This document shows, one piece after another, positions 9,262-18,621 of a DNA stretch of 64,000 nt. The notes below the pieces were generated by a model. That model saw only the letters and a list, made by a program, of their open reading frames with translations. It made no database searches and was not told where the DNA came from. Numbering within the stretch: position 1 is the stretch's first letter; each line of letters opens with the position of its first letter. Source of the DNA: Puniceicoccaceae bacterium (lineage in GTDB: Bacteria; Verrucomicrobiota; Verrucomicrobiia; Opitutales; Oceanipulchritudinaceae); contig JBFOMH010000005.1 of NCBI GenBank assembly GCA_040830765.1, forward strand, positions 32,001 through 96,000. The letters are read 5' to 3'. A program made the translations under genes and the position numbers.

Positions 9262-9587
9262 TAGTTGGACAACAATTGCATGAGGAATTTGCCCGTAACG
9301 AGGAAGTCTGCCGGCATGTGATCGGGCTGTTCCAATTAATGGCGAACAAGCAGCGCTTCCGGATCGTCTGTATCCTGAGCCGGGGAAGTTTCTGCGTTAA
9401 CGAAATCGCGGAGATCCTGGGAACGGACAAGCTCTCGAACATCTCCCAGCAACTGAAGGTATTGCGCCTGGCTGGGGTAATTGAGTGCGAGCGCGACTCG
9501 AAGAAGATGATTTACTCGATGAAAGACGAGCGCTTCAAGGAGATCATCCATTTCCTGAAGAGCAGTTACATGGGAGAAACTTTATGA
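9252..9587 (+). CDS. ArsR/SmtB-family transcriptional regulator (likely sulfur-responsive)
   Basis: MANKQRFRIVCIL...CVNEIAE...SNISQQLKVLRLAGVI...IYSM winged HTH with four Cys. First gene of the SQR operon. Confidence 0.88.
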   Translation: MLNLVGQQLHEEFARNEEVCRHVIGLFQLMANKQRFRIVCILSRGSFCVNEIAEILGTDKLSNISQQLKVLRLAGVIECERDSKKMIYSMKDERFKEIIHFLKSSYMGETL

Positions 9588-10828
9588 AGAAAGTACTGAT
9601 ACTGGGAGCCGGGACAGCCGGCACGATCATGGCGAACACCCTGAGCCGGAAGGCCGGCAAGGACTGGGCGATAACGATCATCGATCAATCCGAGGAACAC
9701 TACTACCAGCCGGGCTTTTTGTTCATGCCCTTTGGCGTGTACACGGAAAAGGACGTTGTCAAACCGCGGAAGAAGTTCCTCCCGGGACGGGCGGTCTATC
9801 GTCAGGCCAAGCTGGACCGGATCATTCCGGAAGAGAACAAGGTCCTGCTAGAAGGCGGGGAAGAGGAAGCCTACGACATATTGATCATCGGGACAGGCTG
9901 CGACATTGCCCCGGATGAAATCGAAGGCCTGACCGGCGCCGACTGGGGCAAGCGCTCCCATGACTTCTACACCTTTGAAGGGGCCCGGCGACTGGCGGCG
10001 GCGATGAAGGACTGGCAAGGCGGACGCCTCGTCATCAACATTGCTGAAATGCCCATCAAGTGCCCGGTGGCGCCGCTGGAATTTGCCTTTCTGGCGGACT
10101 GGCACCTGACCGAGCGGGGCCTTCGCGACAAGACGGAGATCGTTTATGTCACTCCCCTCTCTGGTGCCTTCACGAAGCCCATTGCATCGGCTATCCTGAG
10201 CCATCTCCTGGAGGAGAAGAACATCAAGGTGGAGCAGGACTTCGCCATCGGTTCGGTCGACAACGAGGGTCACAAGATTGTTTCGTGGGATGAGCGGGAA
10301 ATCGGCTACGACCTGCTGGTCTCGGTCCCGACGAACATGGGCAATCCGCTCATTGACCGTTCCGGCCTGGGCGACGAGCTGAACTTTGTCCCGACCAACC
10401 GGGACACCCTGCAGGCCAAGGCTGCGGAAAACATCTTTGTCCTCGGCGATGCCACGGACCTGCCGACGTCAAAAGCCGGTTCGGTGGCCCACTTCCAGGC
10501 GGAAGTCCTGACGGCCAACATCCTCTCCTACATGAAGGGTGAGGAGATGGAGGAACGCTTTGACGGCCATGCCAATTGCTTCATTGAGTCGGGCTATGGC
10601 AAGGGCTTCCTGCTGGACTTCAATTACGACCAGGAACCGGTCCCGGGGCATTTCCCATTCCCGCATGTCGGGCCGTTTGGGCTCCTCAGCGAGACCCGCA
10701 TCAACCACCTGGGCAAGCTGGCCTTCAAGTATGTCTATTGGCACATGCTGCTGAAGGGCTACCCCATCCCATTTGTCGATCACCGGATGTCCTACCTGGG
10801 CAAGAAAGTCCCCAAGGCATCCGCATAA
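9584..10828 (+). CDS. sqr: Sulfide:quinone oxidoreductase (type III-like flavoprotein)
   Basis: Start ATG 9584 (ATGA overlap). GAGTAG FAD motif, HYYQPG, IKCPVAPLEF and FDGHANCFIE catalytic Cys motifs, GDATDLPTSKAG. Confidence 0.85.
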   Translation: MKKVLILGAGTAGTIMANTLSRKAGKDWAITIIDQSEEHYYQPGFLFMPFGVYTEKDVVKPRKKFLPGRAVYRQAKLDRIIPEENKVLLEGGEEEAYDILIIGTGCDIAPDEIEGLTGADWGKRSHDFYTFEGARRLAAAMKDWQGGRLVINIAEMPIKCPVAPLEFAFLADWHLTERGLRDKTEIVYVTPLSGAFTKPIASAILSHLLEEKNIKVEQDFAIGSVDNEGHKIVSWDEREIGYDLLVSVPTNMGNPLIDRSGLGDELNFVPTNRDTLQAKAAENIFVLGDATDLPTSKAGSVAHFQAEVLTANILSYMKGEEMEERFDGHANCFIESGYGKGFLLDFNYDQEPVPGHFPFPHVGPFGLLSETRINHLGKLAFKYVYWHMLLKGYPIPFVDHRMSYLGKKVPKASA

Positions 10829-10863
10829 TTAATACTGAACCCCCTAATCAAGGAAAAGAAACC

Positions 10864-11178
10864 ATGCCAACAATGGAAATCACAGGAACAACCGTTGACC
10901 TGAACGAAGAGGGCTTCCTCACGGACCGCAGCCAGTGGAACCGTGACGTCGCCGTGGAACTGGCCAAGGAAGAAGGTATCGAACTGACAGACGAGCACTG
11001 GAAGGTGCTGGAGTTCATCGAATCCGACTTTGCCGAAAAGAACGCCGTCCCGGGCATGCGCCGGTTGAACAAGGTTGGTGGCATCCCCACCAAGGACCTC
11101 TACCGGCTCTTCCCCAACGGACCCATCAAGAAGGCCGCCCGGATTGGGGGTTTCCCCAAGCCTGCCAGCTGCGTCTAA
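10864..11178 (+). CDS. tusE: TusE/DsrC-family sulfur relay protein
   Basis: EEGFL..W...LA..EGIELT.EHW.V...LYRLFP.GP.K.A.RI.G.PKPASCV. Only the terminal Cys is present. Confidence 0.88.
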   Translation: MPTMEITGTTVDLNEEGFLTDRSQWNRDVAVELAKEEGIELTDEHWKVLEFIESDFAEKNAVPGMRRLNKVGGIPTKDLYRLFPNGPIKKAARIGGFPKPASCV

Positions 11179-11193
11179 GCAAGGAGAACGACA

Positions 11194-11688
11194 ATGTCAG
11201 ACGAACCCATCAAGAAAGTTTCCATCATCGTCTCCAAGGGCTCCCTGGAAGGGGTCTACCCTGGCCTCATCATGGCCAATGGCGCCCGCATGGAAGGCAT
11301 TGAAGCCAATCTCTTTTTCACCTTTTTCGGCCTTCACGCCATCGTGAAGAAGAAGATGGAGAAGCTCAAGGTGGCCACCGTGGGCAACCCTGCCCTCTGT
11401 GTCCCGGATGCCATGGGCTTCCCGATGCCGACTATCCTCGGGGCCATCCCCGGCATGTCGGCCTTCGCCACCATGATGATGAAGAACGAAATGGAAAAAA
11501 TCGACATTCCGCCGGTTGGCGAATTCGTCGAGATGATCAGTGATGCCGGCGGTAAGATTTATGCCTGCAAGGCAACCGTCGACATGTTCAAGCTCAAGGA
11601 CGAGGACTTCTGTCCACAGATGGACAAGGTCCTCACCGTTGGTGAATTCTACGAGCTCTCAGCCGGCTCGCAGATTATCTTCACCTGA
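11194..11688 (+). CDS. DsrE/DsrF/DrsH-like (DsrE2-type) sulfurtransferase family protein
   Basis: IIVSKGSL...LFFTFFGL...KIYACKATVDMF motif. Confidence 0.85.
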   Translation: MSDEPIKKVSIIVSKGSLEGVYPGLIMANGARMEGIEANLFFTFFGLHAIVKKKMEKLKVATVGNPALCVPDAMGFPMPTILGAIPGMSAFATMMMKNEMEKIDIPPVGEFVEMISDAGGKIYACKATVDMFKLKDEDFCPQMDKVLTVGEFYELSAGSQIIFT

Positions 11689-11749
11689 TCCCCGAACCCC
11701 TAACACGGTTCCAGCTCAAATAGTAACCAAAATACGAATACCTCGAAAA

Positions 11750-13057
11750 ATGAAACATCGAATCGGAAGATCCGTCCTGTTAACGCTCGCCGCTATGGCC
11801 CCTGCCATCGGCTTTGCCACCAATGGTGACAACATGATTGCCATTGGACCCAAGGCCCGCGCCATGGGGGGCGTCTCCATCGCCTATCCCCAGGATGCCA
11901 TCACGGCGGTTTTCGGTAACCCCGCAGCCCTTTGCTTTACAAAATTCTGCCCCTCAACCCAGGTCGACTTCGCCGGCACCCTTTTCATGCCGGATGTGGA
12001 TGCGGCGGTCACCAACCCGCTCGATCCGACCGAGTTGCTGACCGCAGACAGCGATGACGGCATCTACCCGATTCCCGCCATCGGTGTTGCCGTTCCATTC
12101 GGTGAAGACAACCGTGGTCGTTTCGGCCTCGCCGCCTATGGGGTCAGTGGACTCGGTGTTGATTACCGGGACACAGTCCTCGGCGGGACACTCGGCAGTC
12201 TCGGCCAGGTTCCCCCAGGCTTTGAGACCGCCCCAATCATTGCCGGCAGTTACACCAGCCTGCAAATCATGAAGTTTGCCCCTAGTGTGGCCTGGCAGGT
12301 TGCCCCGGGATTCTCCCTTGGTGCAGCCGCGCATATTGACTATGCCATCCTTGACATGGGCCAGGGCTCCTCATCCGGTTACGGTTTCGGCCTGCAAGTA
12401 GGTGCCACCTACCGTCCGACCGAAGATTGGGCGCTTGGTTTCTCCTACACGACGCCGCAGGAAGTGGACCATGACAACGTCATCAACATGGGCATGGGTC
12501 CTCAGGACCTGACCCTGGAAATGCCGCAACAACTCGGTGCCGGGATTGCCTACGAAATTGATGAAGGCAAGCTGGTCCTGGCCGCCGACCTGAAGTGGAT
12601 CAACTGGTCCTCAGCGAAAGGCTACAAGGACTTTGACTGGCGCGACCAGACCGTTGTGGCGTTGGGTGTCCAATACGAGGCCATCGAGGACAAGCTGGTC
12701 CTGCGTGCCGGGTACAATTATGGCAAGAACCCCGTCAAGGAGCACAATGGCTGGGATGGAAGCTTTGACTTCAATACCGGCATGCCCAATGACGTGACCG
12801 TCGTCCAGGGCATTGTCATGCCAACCTACTTCTACGAAACATTTCGTATCATCGGGTTTCCGGCCGTCGTTGAATCGCATATCACCGTCGGGATGACCTA
12901 TCACATGAGCGAGCGCTTTGCCCTCAGCTTCGCTTATATGCGGGCTCTCGAGAAGGGGATCAGCGAATCGGGTACGGGTCCGACTGGAGCCCCCACTGTC
13001 CTGCTCTCCAACCTGAGTGAGGACAGCCTTGAGTTCGGACTGAGCTGGAAATTCTAA
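11750..13057 (+). CDS. OmpP1/FadL/TodX-family outer-membrane channel
   Basis: Signal peptide, ATNG..IAIGP.ARAMGG hatch motif, NPAAL, LRAGYNY, terminal aromatic residue (SWKF). Confidence 0.85.
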   Translation: MKHRIGRSVLLTLAAMAPAIGFATNGDNMIAIGPKARAMGGVSIAYPQDAITAVFGNPAALCFTKFCPSTQVDFAGTLFMPDVDAAVTNPLDPTELLTADSDDGIYPIPAIGVAVPFGEDNRGRFGLAAYGVSGLGVDYRDTVLGGTLGSLGQVPPGFETAPIIAGSYTSLQIMKFAPSVAWQVAPGFSLGAAAHIDYAILDMGQGSSSGYGFGLQVGATYRPTEDWALGFSYTTPQEVDHDNVINMGMGPQDLTLEMPQQLGAGIAYEIDEGKLVLAADLKWINWSSAKGYKDFDWRDQTVVALGVQYEAIEDKLVLRAGYNYGKNPVKEHNGWDGSFDFNTGMPNDVTVVQGIVMPTYFYETFRIIGFPAVVESHITVGMTYHMSERFALSFAYMRALEKGISESGTGPTGAPTVLLSNLSEDSLEFGLSWKF

Positions 13058-13623
13058 TGCCCCCCATTATACGAAAACTGCGTATACCTACAGGCTGGCT
13101 GGCCATCCCAGCCAGCCTGTTCCTGGTCACCGCTTGCACCACCACGGAGCAGCCAGCATCAAGGCAACCGGCCCCGGTGGCCCATCATTCAGTGATGGAA
13201 AGCTCGGATCCGGACAGTCCCTTTGCCAAGGTGTTTGACGGTGAAGCTGCTGTCGTTGTCCTGACCTTTTACGACCTTTACTGTGTCGCTTGCCAGCAGT
13301 CGGCAGAGAACTTCACTATCCTTTCAAACAGGATTGGGGAATCATTTCCGGATGCGCCCATCCAGGTGAAGGGTGTCGGCATAGGCGACACCGCCTTTGA
13401 GCTCTCCGTCTTTCAGCGGCGCTACAACCTGCCCTATCCTTCCATTCCCGATCCGGAGAAGACCTTCGAGGAACCCTTCCAGATCAAGGGAACCCCGACG
13501 GTCCTGGTCTTTACCCGTAAGGACACGGACTGCATTGAAATCTACCGGCACGAAGGCCGTTTACGGAGCAGCGATGTGGAAAACCTGCTTGAAACTATCC
13601 GCGAAGCTGTTTCCGCTCAGTAA
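13057..13623 (+). CDS. Thioredoxin-fold (TlpA/redoxin) lipoprotein
   Basis: Lipobox LVTAC, YCVAC CxxC motif, GTPT cis-Pro loop. Confidence 0.75.
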   Translation: MPPIIRKLRIPTGWLAIPASLFLVTACTTTEQPASRQPAPVAHHSVMESSDPDSPFAKVFDGEAAVVVLTFYDLYCVACQQSAENFTILSNRIGESFPDAPIQVKGVGIGDTAFELSVFQRRYNLPYPSIPDPEKTFEEPFQIKGTPTVLVFTRKDTDCIEIYRHEGRLRSSDVENLLETIREAVSAQ

Positions 13624-13641
13624 CAACATTTTCTTATCCCC

Positions 13642-14238
13642 ATGGCTTTAACCAGTTTTCTTCTCCTTGGCACCGCCGTCATGTCCTGCAATCCGCAGGT
13701 CATGTGTACCGTCGAGGAACCGGCCAAGTTGCCCATCTTTGAGCCCGGCTACCTCAAGCCGGTCGACAGCCAGACGCATCTGCAAGTCGGGCAAAAGGCA
13801 CCCGACTTCACCCTGCCAAGTACCGATGGACGGGAGATCCGGCTTTCGGAGCTGTTGGAAGACAAGGCAGTCGTCATCACCTTTGTCCCTGCGGCCTGGA
13901 CGCCTGTTTGTTCCGAACAGTGGCCCGGCTACAACGTGGCAGAGCCCTTTTTCGAGGAAGCCGATGCCATCCTCATCGGCATCACGGTCGATAACCTACC
14001 TACGCTCCATGCCTGGACACGGGAAATGGGCGGGGTATGGTTTCCGGTTCTTTCGGACTTCTATCCGCATGGCGAAGTAACGGCCAAGTACGGCATCCTT
14101 CGCGAAGACGGGACATCCGAGCGGGCCCTCTTCGTTATCGATAAGGATGGCATCCTGCGCTACATTGATGTCCATGACATTAACAAGCGACCGCCATTGG
14201 ATGTTTTGATCGAGGAACTGGAAAAGCTTCTGGACTGA
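13642..14238 (+). CDS. Peroxiredoxin (AhpC/TSA, AhpE-like)
   Basis: APDFTL, FVPAAWTPVCSEQ peroxidatic motif, SDFYPHGEV, ERALFVID. Confidence 0.88.
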   Translation: MALTSFLLLGTAVMSCNPQVMCTVEEPAKLPIFEPGYLKPVDSQTHLQVGQKAPDFTLPSTDGREIRLSELLEDKAVVITFVPAAWTPVCSEQWPGYNVAEPFFEEADAILIGITVDNLPTLHAWTREMGGVWFPVLSDFYPHGEVTAKYGILREDGTSERALFVIDKDGILRYIDVHDINKRPPLDVLIEELEKLLD

Positions 14239-14280
14239 TCAGGCTTGCCGGTGGTCGGCAGTCAGGATTGTATGCCGGCT

Positions 14281-15018
14281 ATGAAGCTGTCTGCAATTTG
14301 CCTCCCTGTCGCGGGGCTGGTCCTGCTTATATCGCCGTTTCTCAACGCCTCTGGAATCGCCAAGGACAACTATCCCCTGCCCTTCACGCCGGATCCGGAG
14401 CGATTGGCCAATGACATTGAGCGCTTTGCCTTCGCGGACGAGGTGGGTATGCCCCCGGAGGGCGGGATTGTCTGTGTCGGGAGCAGTTCCATGCGCTTCT
14501 GGCATGATAGAATCCGTGAAGACCTCGAAGGCTTGAGCATTATTCCCCGCGGATTCGGCGGCAGCCAGTACACGGATGTTATCTATTATGCCGATGAGCT
14601 CATCCTGAAATACCGGCCGCGGGCGGTGTTGATCTATGAAGGCGACAATGACGCCAATGCGGGAAAGCACCCCCAGCGGATATTCGCCGACTTCAAGTTT
14701 CTTGTCGACATTTGCCAATCCCAGCAGCCCAGCCTCCGGTTTTACGTCATTTCCGCCAAGCCCAGCCTTGCCCGCTGGGAAATTGCCGATCAGATGCAGG
14801 AGGCCAACAAGCTGATCCGGAAGCATTGTCGGAAGCGGGAGGGCCTTGTCTTCATCGACTTGTGGAAGGTCATGCTGGGCAAGGATAAGCAGCCCCTGCC
14901 GGACATCTTTACCGAGGACCAACTCCACCTGAATGAGAAGGGCTATGACATCTGGACGGCCGCCATTGCCCCGGTTCTGCAGCAAGGTGAAGCGGCATTC
15001 GAGCAGGAAGCAGAATAA
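14281..15018 (+). CDS. GDSL/SGNH hydrolase (secreted)
   Basis: VGSSS, RGFGGS, YEGDND and DQLH blocks; signal peptide. Confidence 0.85.
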   Translation: MKLSAICLPVAGLVLLISPFLNASGIAKDNYPLPFTPDPERLANDIERFAFADEVGMPPEGGIVCVGSSSMRFWHDRIREDLEGLSIIPRGFGGSQYTDVIYYADELILKYRPRAVLIYEGDNDANAGKHPQRIFADFKFLVDICQSQQPSLRFYVISAKPSLARWEIADQMQEANKLIRKHCRKREGLVFIDLWKVMLGKDKQPLPDIFTEDQLHLNEKGYDIWTAAIAPVLQQGEAAFEQEAE

Positions 15019-15027
15019 GTCCGCCCG

Positions 15028-15930
15028 CTACTGCTTTTCAAGATATCCGATCGAAACAAGAAAGGTGTCCATCTTGGAAATTGTATCCTCGTAATACTTC
15101 GGTCCGTTGAAAAAGCTATGACCGGCCCCGTCGTAGGTCACCAGTTCGCATCGAACACCAAGGTCGTGAAGTTTCTGGTTGAACAATTCTGCCGCCACAT
15201 ACGGGACAGTTTCATCCGCAGTTCCGTGGAAGAGGATTGTTGGAGGCATGTCCTCCTTGGCCTGGTGATAAGGGGACAGCTTCACCGGGTCGGTTCCGGC
15301 TCGCTGGTGGCTGTGCTTGCTCTTGAAAATGTCGAGCTCGGACACGCCGTCCACTGGACCAACAACAGCTACGGGGTTAAAGAGCACCAAGGCATTGGGT
15401 CGTGAACTAACCCTGGAATCTTCTTCGGCATTGTCAAAGTCCTGCACCGCGGCGGTTGCTGCGGCCAGATGCCCACCTGCCGAGCCACCACCAGCGGCAA
15501 TATGGTTAGGATCAATGCCCAATCGTTCCGCATTCGCCCGTATCCAGCGCACTGCCGATTTGGCATCCTCAAGACAAACCTTCACAGGGACACCATTACG
15601 GGATTTTACCCGGTAGTCGGCAACCGCTGCCACCATACCACGACTGGCCAAATACTGGCTCTGTCGGGCAAAGTGGCTTGGTGAACCTCCGTTCCAGCCC
15701 CCGCCAAAGAAGAAGACGATGGCAGGCGTCTTGTCGTCAGGCTTGTGTCCTTCAGGATTGAATATCCACAAGCGCAGTTCCATTTCCCCGGCCACCTTAT
15801 AGGTCTCGACCTGTGCCCCTTCGATGATCGGGGGATAGGCAGGCTTGGCGGACAGGACATAGGTAAGCCCGCAAAGCACAAGAAGGCAGAAGGAGAACCG
15901 GAGAATGGGTCGGAATGAAAGCCTATGCAT
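15028..15930 (-). CDS. Secreted alpha/beta hydrolase (esterase/lipase)
   Basis: FFGGGW, GGSAGG nucleophile elbow, HGTAD, GAGH. Confidence 0.88.
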   Translation of the reverse strand: MHRLSFRPILRFSFCLLVLCGLTYVLSAKPAYPPIIEGAQVETYKVAGEMELRLWIFNPEGHKPDDKTPAIVFFFGGGWNGGSPSHFARQSQYLASRGMVAAVADYRVKSRNGVPVKVCLEDAKSAVRWIRANAERLGIDPNHIAAGGGSAGGHLAAATAAVQDFDNAEEDSRVSSRPNALVLFNPVAVVGPVDGVSELDIFKSKHSHQRAGTDPVKLSPYHQAKEDMPPTILFHGTADETVPYVAAELFNQKLHDLGVRCELVTYDGAGHSFFNGPKYYEDTISKMDTFLVSIGYLEKQ

Positions 15931-16015
15931 GGTTTGAGCCTGAAGCACCATTTCTTAACTTCAATGCGTAACTCCCGACAAAATATACACACTGGTGCAT
16001 TGGCAGATCCGGCCT

Positions 16016-16483
16016 TCATTCAACACGGAGAATCGTTCCTGAGGCCCCGTTCGAAAGCGTATAGCTGTCTCCTTCAACTTTACCTGCCAAGGATGCCGCC
16101 AGCGGCGACTCCGGGGTGACCACCGTCACTTCCTGGTCCTCGATAATCAGTTCGGTCCCCCCGCAGCAGGGAAGGATGAATACCCACGATTTGTAGCCAT
16201 CAAAGTCGCATTTAACAAGGGCCCCCGTACCGATGGGCTTGTCGGTGAAGGATGCAGGAGAAAGGTCGTTCAGCAGCTTTGCCTGCTCGTTCATCGAATC
16301 AAACTGGGCCGCATATCCCCGGGCAAGGTAGGAGGCCTCCAGTCCCTGGGTATCCCATTTGCTTTCGGCCCGGGATTCGCTGTCGGTCGCTCCGGCCGCA
16401 GCCTGCTTGTTGGCCGCCTGTAACCGCTGAATCTCGGCTTTTAGCTGCTCCTTGAGGAGTTGGAGAATTTCCTGCTTATCCAT
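16016..16483 (-). CDS. GreA/GreB-family protein (transcription elongation factor-like)
   Basis: AESKWDTQGLEASYLARG and VVTPESPLA motifs. Confidence 0.75.
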   Translation of the reverse strand: MDKQEILQLLKEQLKAEIQRLQAANKQAAAGATDSESRAESKWDTQGLEASYLARGYAAQFDSMNEQAKLLNDLSPASFTDKPIGTGALVKCDFDGYKSWVFILPCCGGTELIIEDQEVTVVTPESPLAASLAGKVEGDSYTLSNGASGTILRVE

Positions 16484-16642
16484 CAATCGCAGGATAAACA
16501 GTTTACTGAAGGAATCAACTGCTTCAGGGGTAATCTTGACGGGCAACCGGGCTATTTACAGTAAGGCATCAACCGTGTTTATTGAAGAAGCCCAATCCGG
16601 TTCGATCAAGTAACCTTCCACACCATTATTTCCTAACATCCC

Positions 16643-17644
16643 ATGAAGTCCCAAGCTGTCGTTTTTACCGCCCCCAATACTGTCGAATTCCAGACTGTCG
16701 ATTGTCCGGACCCGGGTCCGGATGATGTGGTTATTCGGGTGACCCACTCATGGATCAGCAACGGTACAGAGGGTTCCTACCTGCGCGGAGAGCGGATTGC
16801 CGGGGACACCCCGCGGCGGGAAGGGGATCCGTGGCCCTTTCCGGTTGTATCTGGTTACCAGAAGGTAGGAACGGTGGAGGCTTTCGGGGAGGCAGTTACA
16901 GATCTGGCCGTTGGCGAGACGGTCTTTGCCATCTGTGGACAGGTGGAAAGGATGTTTGAGCGCTGTGCCGGGCATGTGAACCCGTCCATTACCAAGCGGA
17001 GCCAGGTTTACAAACTCCCTCCGGAACCGGACCCCCTCGCTTATTCCGGCCTCGTGCTGACCCAAGTCGGCTACAATTGCGGTATCCGGGCACCGATTGA
17101 GAAGGGCCAGGGTGCTGTTGTCATCGGGGACGGCCTGGTCGGCCAGTGGGCGGCGCAGACCCTGGCCTGGCGCGGGGCCGAGGTGATGCTGGTCGGCAAA
17201 CATGATGACCGGTTGAAGCACTTTGCCGATTATCCGGGAGCCCACCTGCACAACCTGAACGATGACCCGGACTGGATCGGCGCCGCCAATCGACTCTTCC
17301 CGGACAAGGCGACCGTCGCTGTTGATACCGTCGGCTCGTCAGAGGTCATGGACCGCTTTTTTGATGTCCTGCACCGCTTTGGGCATGCCATCAGTGCCGG
17401 CTTTTATGGAACCGAGGATATGATTGCCCTGCAGCCGTTGCGCTATGGGGAGCTTTCCATTCACTTGGTCTCCGGCGTCTGGCATCAGCGCATGGTGGAA
17501 ACCATTCCGCTCATCGAGGCGGGGCACCTGCAGACGCTGCCCCTTATCACCCATCACTTCCCTGCAACAGAAGCCGCCCGGGCATGGGAGTTGATCGAGA
17601 GCAAACGGGAACCGGTCCTGGGCGTCATTCTCGACTGGGAGTAA
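16643..17644 (+). CDS. MDR-superfamily (alcohol dehydrogenase-like) oxidoreductase
   Basis: SWISNGTE, GY..VG.V, GDGLVG Rossmann motif, LITHHF. Confidence 0.82.
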   Translation: MKSQAVVFTAPNTVEFQTVDCPDPGPDDVVIRVTHSWISNGTEGSYLRGERIAGDTPRREGDPWPFPVVSGYQKVGTVEAFGEAVTDLAVGETVFAICGQVERMFERCAGHVNPSITKRSQVYKLPPEPDPLAYSGLVLTQVGYNCGIRAPIEKGQGAVVIGDGLVGQWAAQTLAWRGAEVMLVGKHDDRLKHFADYPGAHLHNLNDDPDWIGAANRLFPDKATVAVDTVGSSEVMDRFFDVLHRFGHAISAGFYGTEDMIALQPLRYGELSIHLVSGVWHQRMVETIPLIEAGHLQTLPLITHHFPATEAARAWELIESKREPVLGVILDWE

Positions 17645-17648
17645 TGTC

Positions 17649-18620
17649 ATGATGAAATCTCTACAAATCACAACGCCCGGAAAGGCGGAAATCATCGAAC
17701 TGGAAAAGCCTCAGCCGGCAGCCGGGGAAGCCCTGGTGGCCATCGAGGCGGTTGCTACCTGTCCGCACTGGGACCGCCACATCTACGAGGGGGATCCCAT
17801 GTTCGAGGGTCACAAAATGGAATACCCCTACTGGCCAGGCCAACCGGGGCATGAGGCCATCGGACGAGTGGAAGCTGTTGGTGATGGGATTGATGAACAA
17901 CTTGTCGGCCGGCGGGTTGCTGTCTGGCGCGCGGCCCAACCTTACATGAACGGGCTCTATGCGACGCATGGAATTGTTGAATCAGAAAGGCTATTGCCCA
18001 TTGCGGAGGACCTTCCGGCAGAAAAGGTTACCTCCCTTGAGCTGGCCATGTGCGTCCAGGTCTCTATCGACCAGTTGAGTGAAATCAATGCCATTGCCAA
18101 AAAGCGGATCCTGCTCGGTGGTCTAGGACCAGGAGGCATTGTCGGACTGCAGCTGCTCAAGGCGGCTGGCGCCGCCGAAGTTGTGGCAATTGATCCGGTA
18201 GCCGAACGGCGTGAACTGGCCCTCCAACTGGGTGCGGTTGCCGCGGTCGCACCGGGCGACCCTCTGGTCAGTGTTTCCCGTTCCGGCCCGGATGCCTTTG
18301 ATGCCGCTCTCGACACAACGGGTCTGAAGGTTTCCATTGAGGCACTCATGCACGCCTGCAAACGGGCTGTAGCCATTTTCGGGGTTCTACGAGAAAACGT
18401 CTCCCTCGGCCCCGCCCAATGGTATGGCGGATTTTCCCTGATTGCCTACGGGGAGCACAACCGGGGAGCTGCTGAGCGGGCCTACCAGGCCATCCTTGAC
18501 GGTCAACTGGACCTCGCTCCCCTTTTCAGCAAGAAGATGCCCCTCTCGCAGTACAATGAGGCCGTTGCCCTTCTGCAATCAATGGAGGCCATCAAAGTGC
18601 TCTTTGACCCAAATGCCTGA
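17649..18620 (+). CDS. Zinc-binding dehydrogenase (MDR superfamily)
   Basis: ATC..D, PGHEA.G.V, GLGPGG motifs. Confidence 0.82.
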   Translation: MMKSLQITTPGKAEIIELEKPQPAAGEALVAIEAVATCPHWDRHIYEGDPMFEGHKMEYPYWPGQPGHEAIGRVEAVGDGIDEQLVGRRVAVWRAAQPYMNGLYATHGIVESERLLPIAEDLPAEKVTSLELAMCVQVSIDQLSEINAIAKKRILLGGLGPGGIVGLQLLKAAGAAEVVAIDPVAERRELALQLGAVAAVAPGDPLVSVSRSGPDAFDAALDTTGLKVSIEALMHACKRAVAIFGVLRENVSLGPAQWYGGFSLIAYGEHNRGAAERAYQAILDGQLDLAPLFSKKMPLSQYNEAVALLQSMEAIKVLFDPNA

Positions 18621-18621
18621 T

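Noticed and set aside
13057..14238. Selenocysteine read-through in the redoxins
   Set aside because: Active-site positions are ordinary Cys codons, and the ORFs are full length without in-frame TGA.
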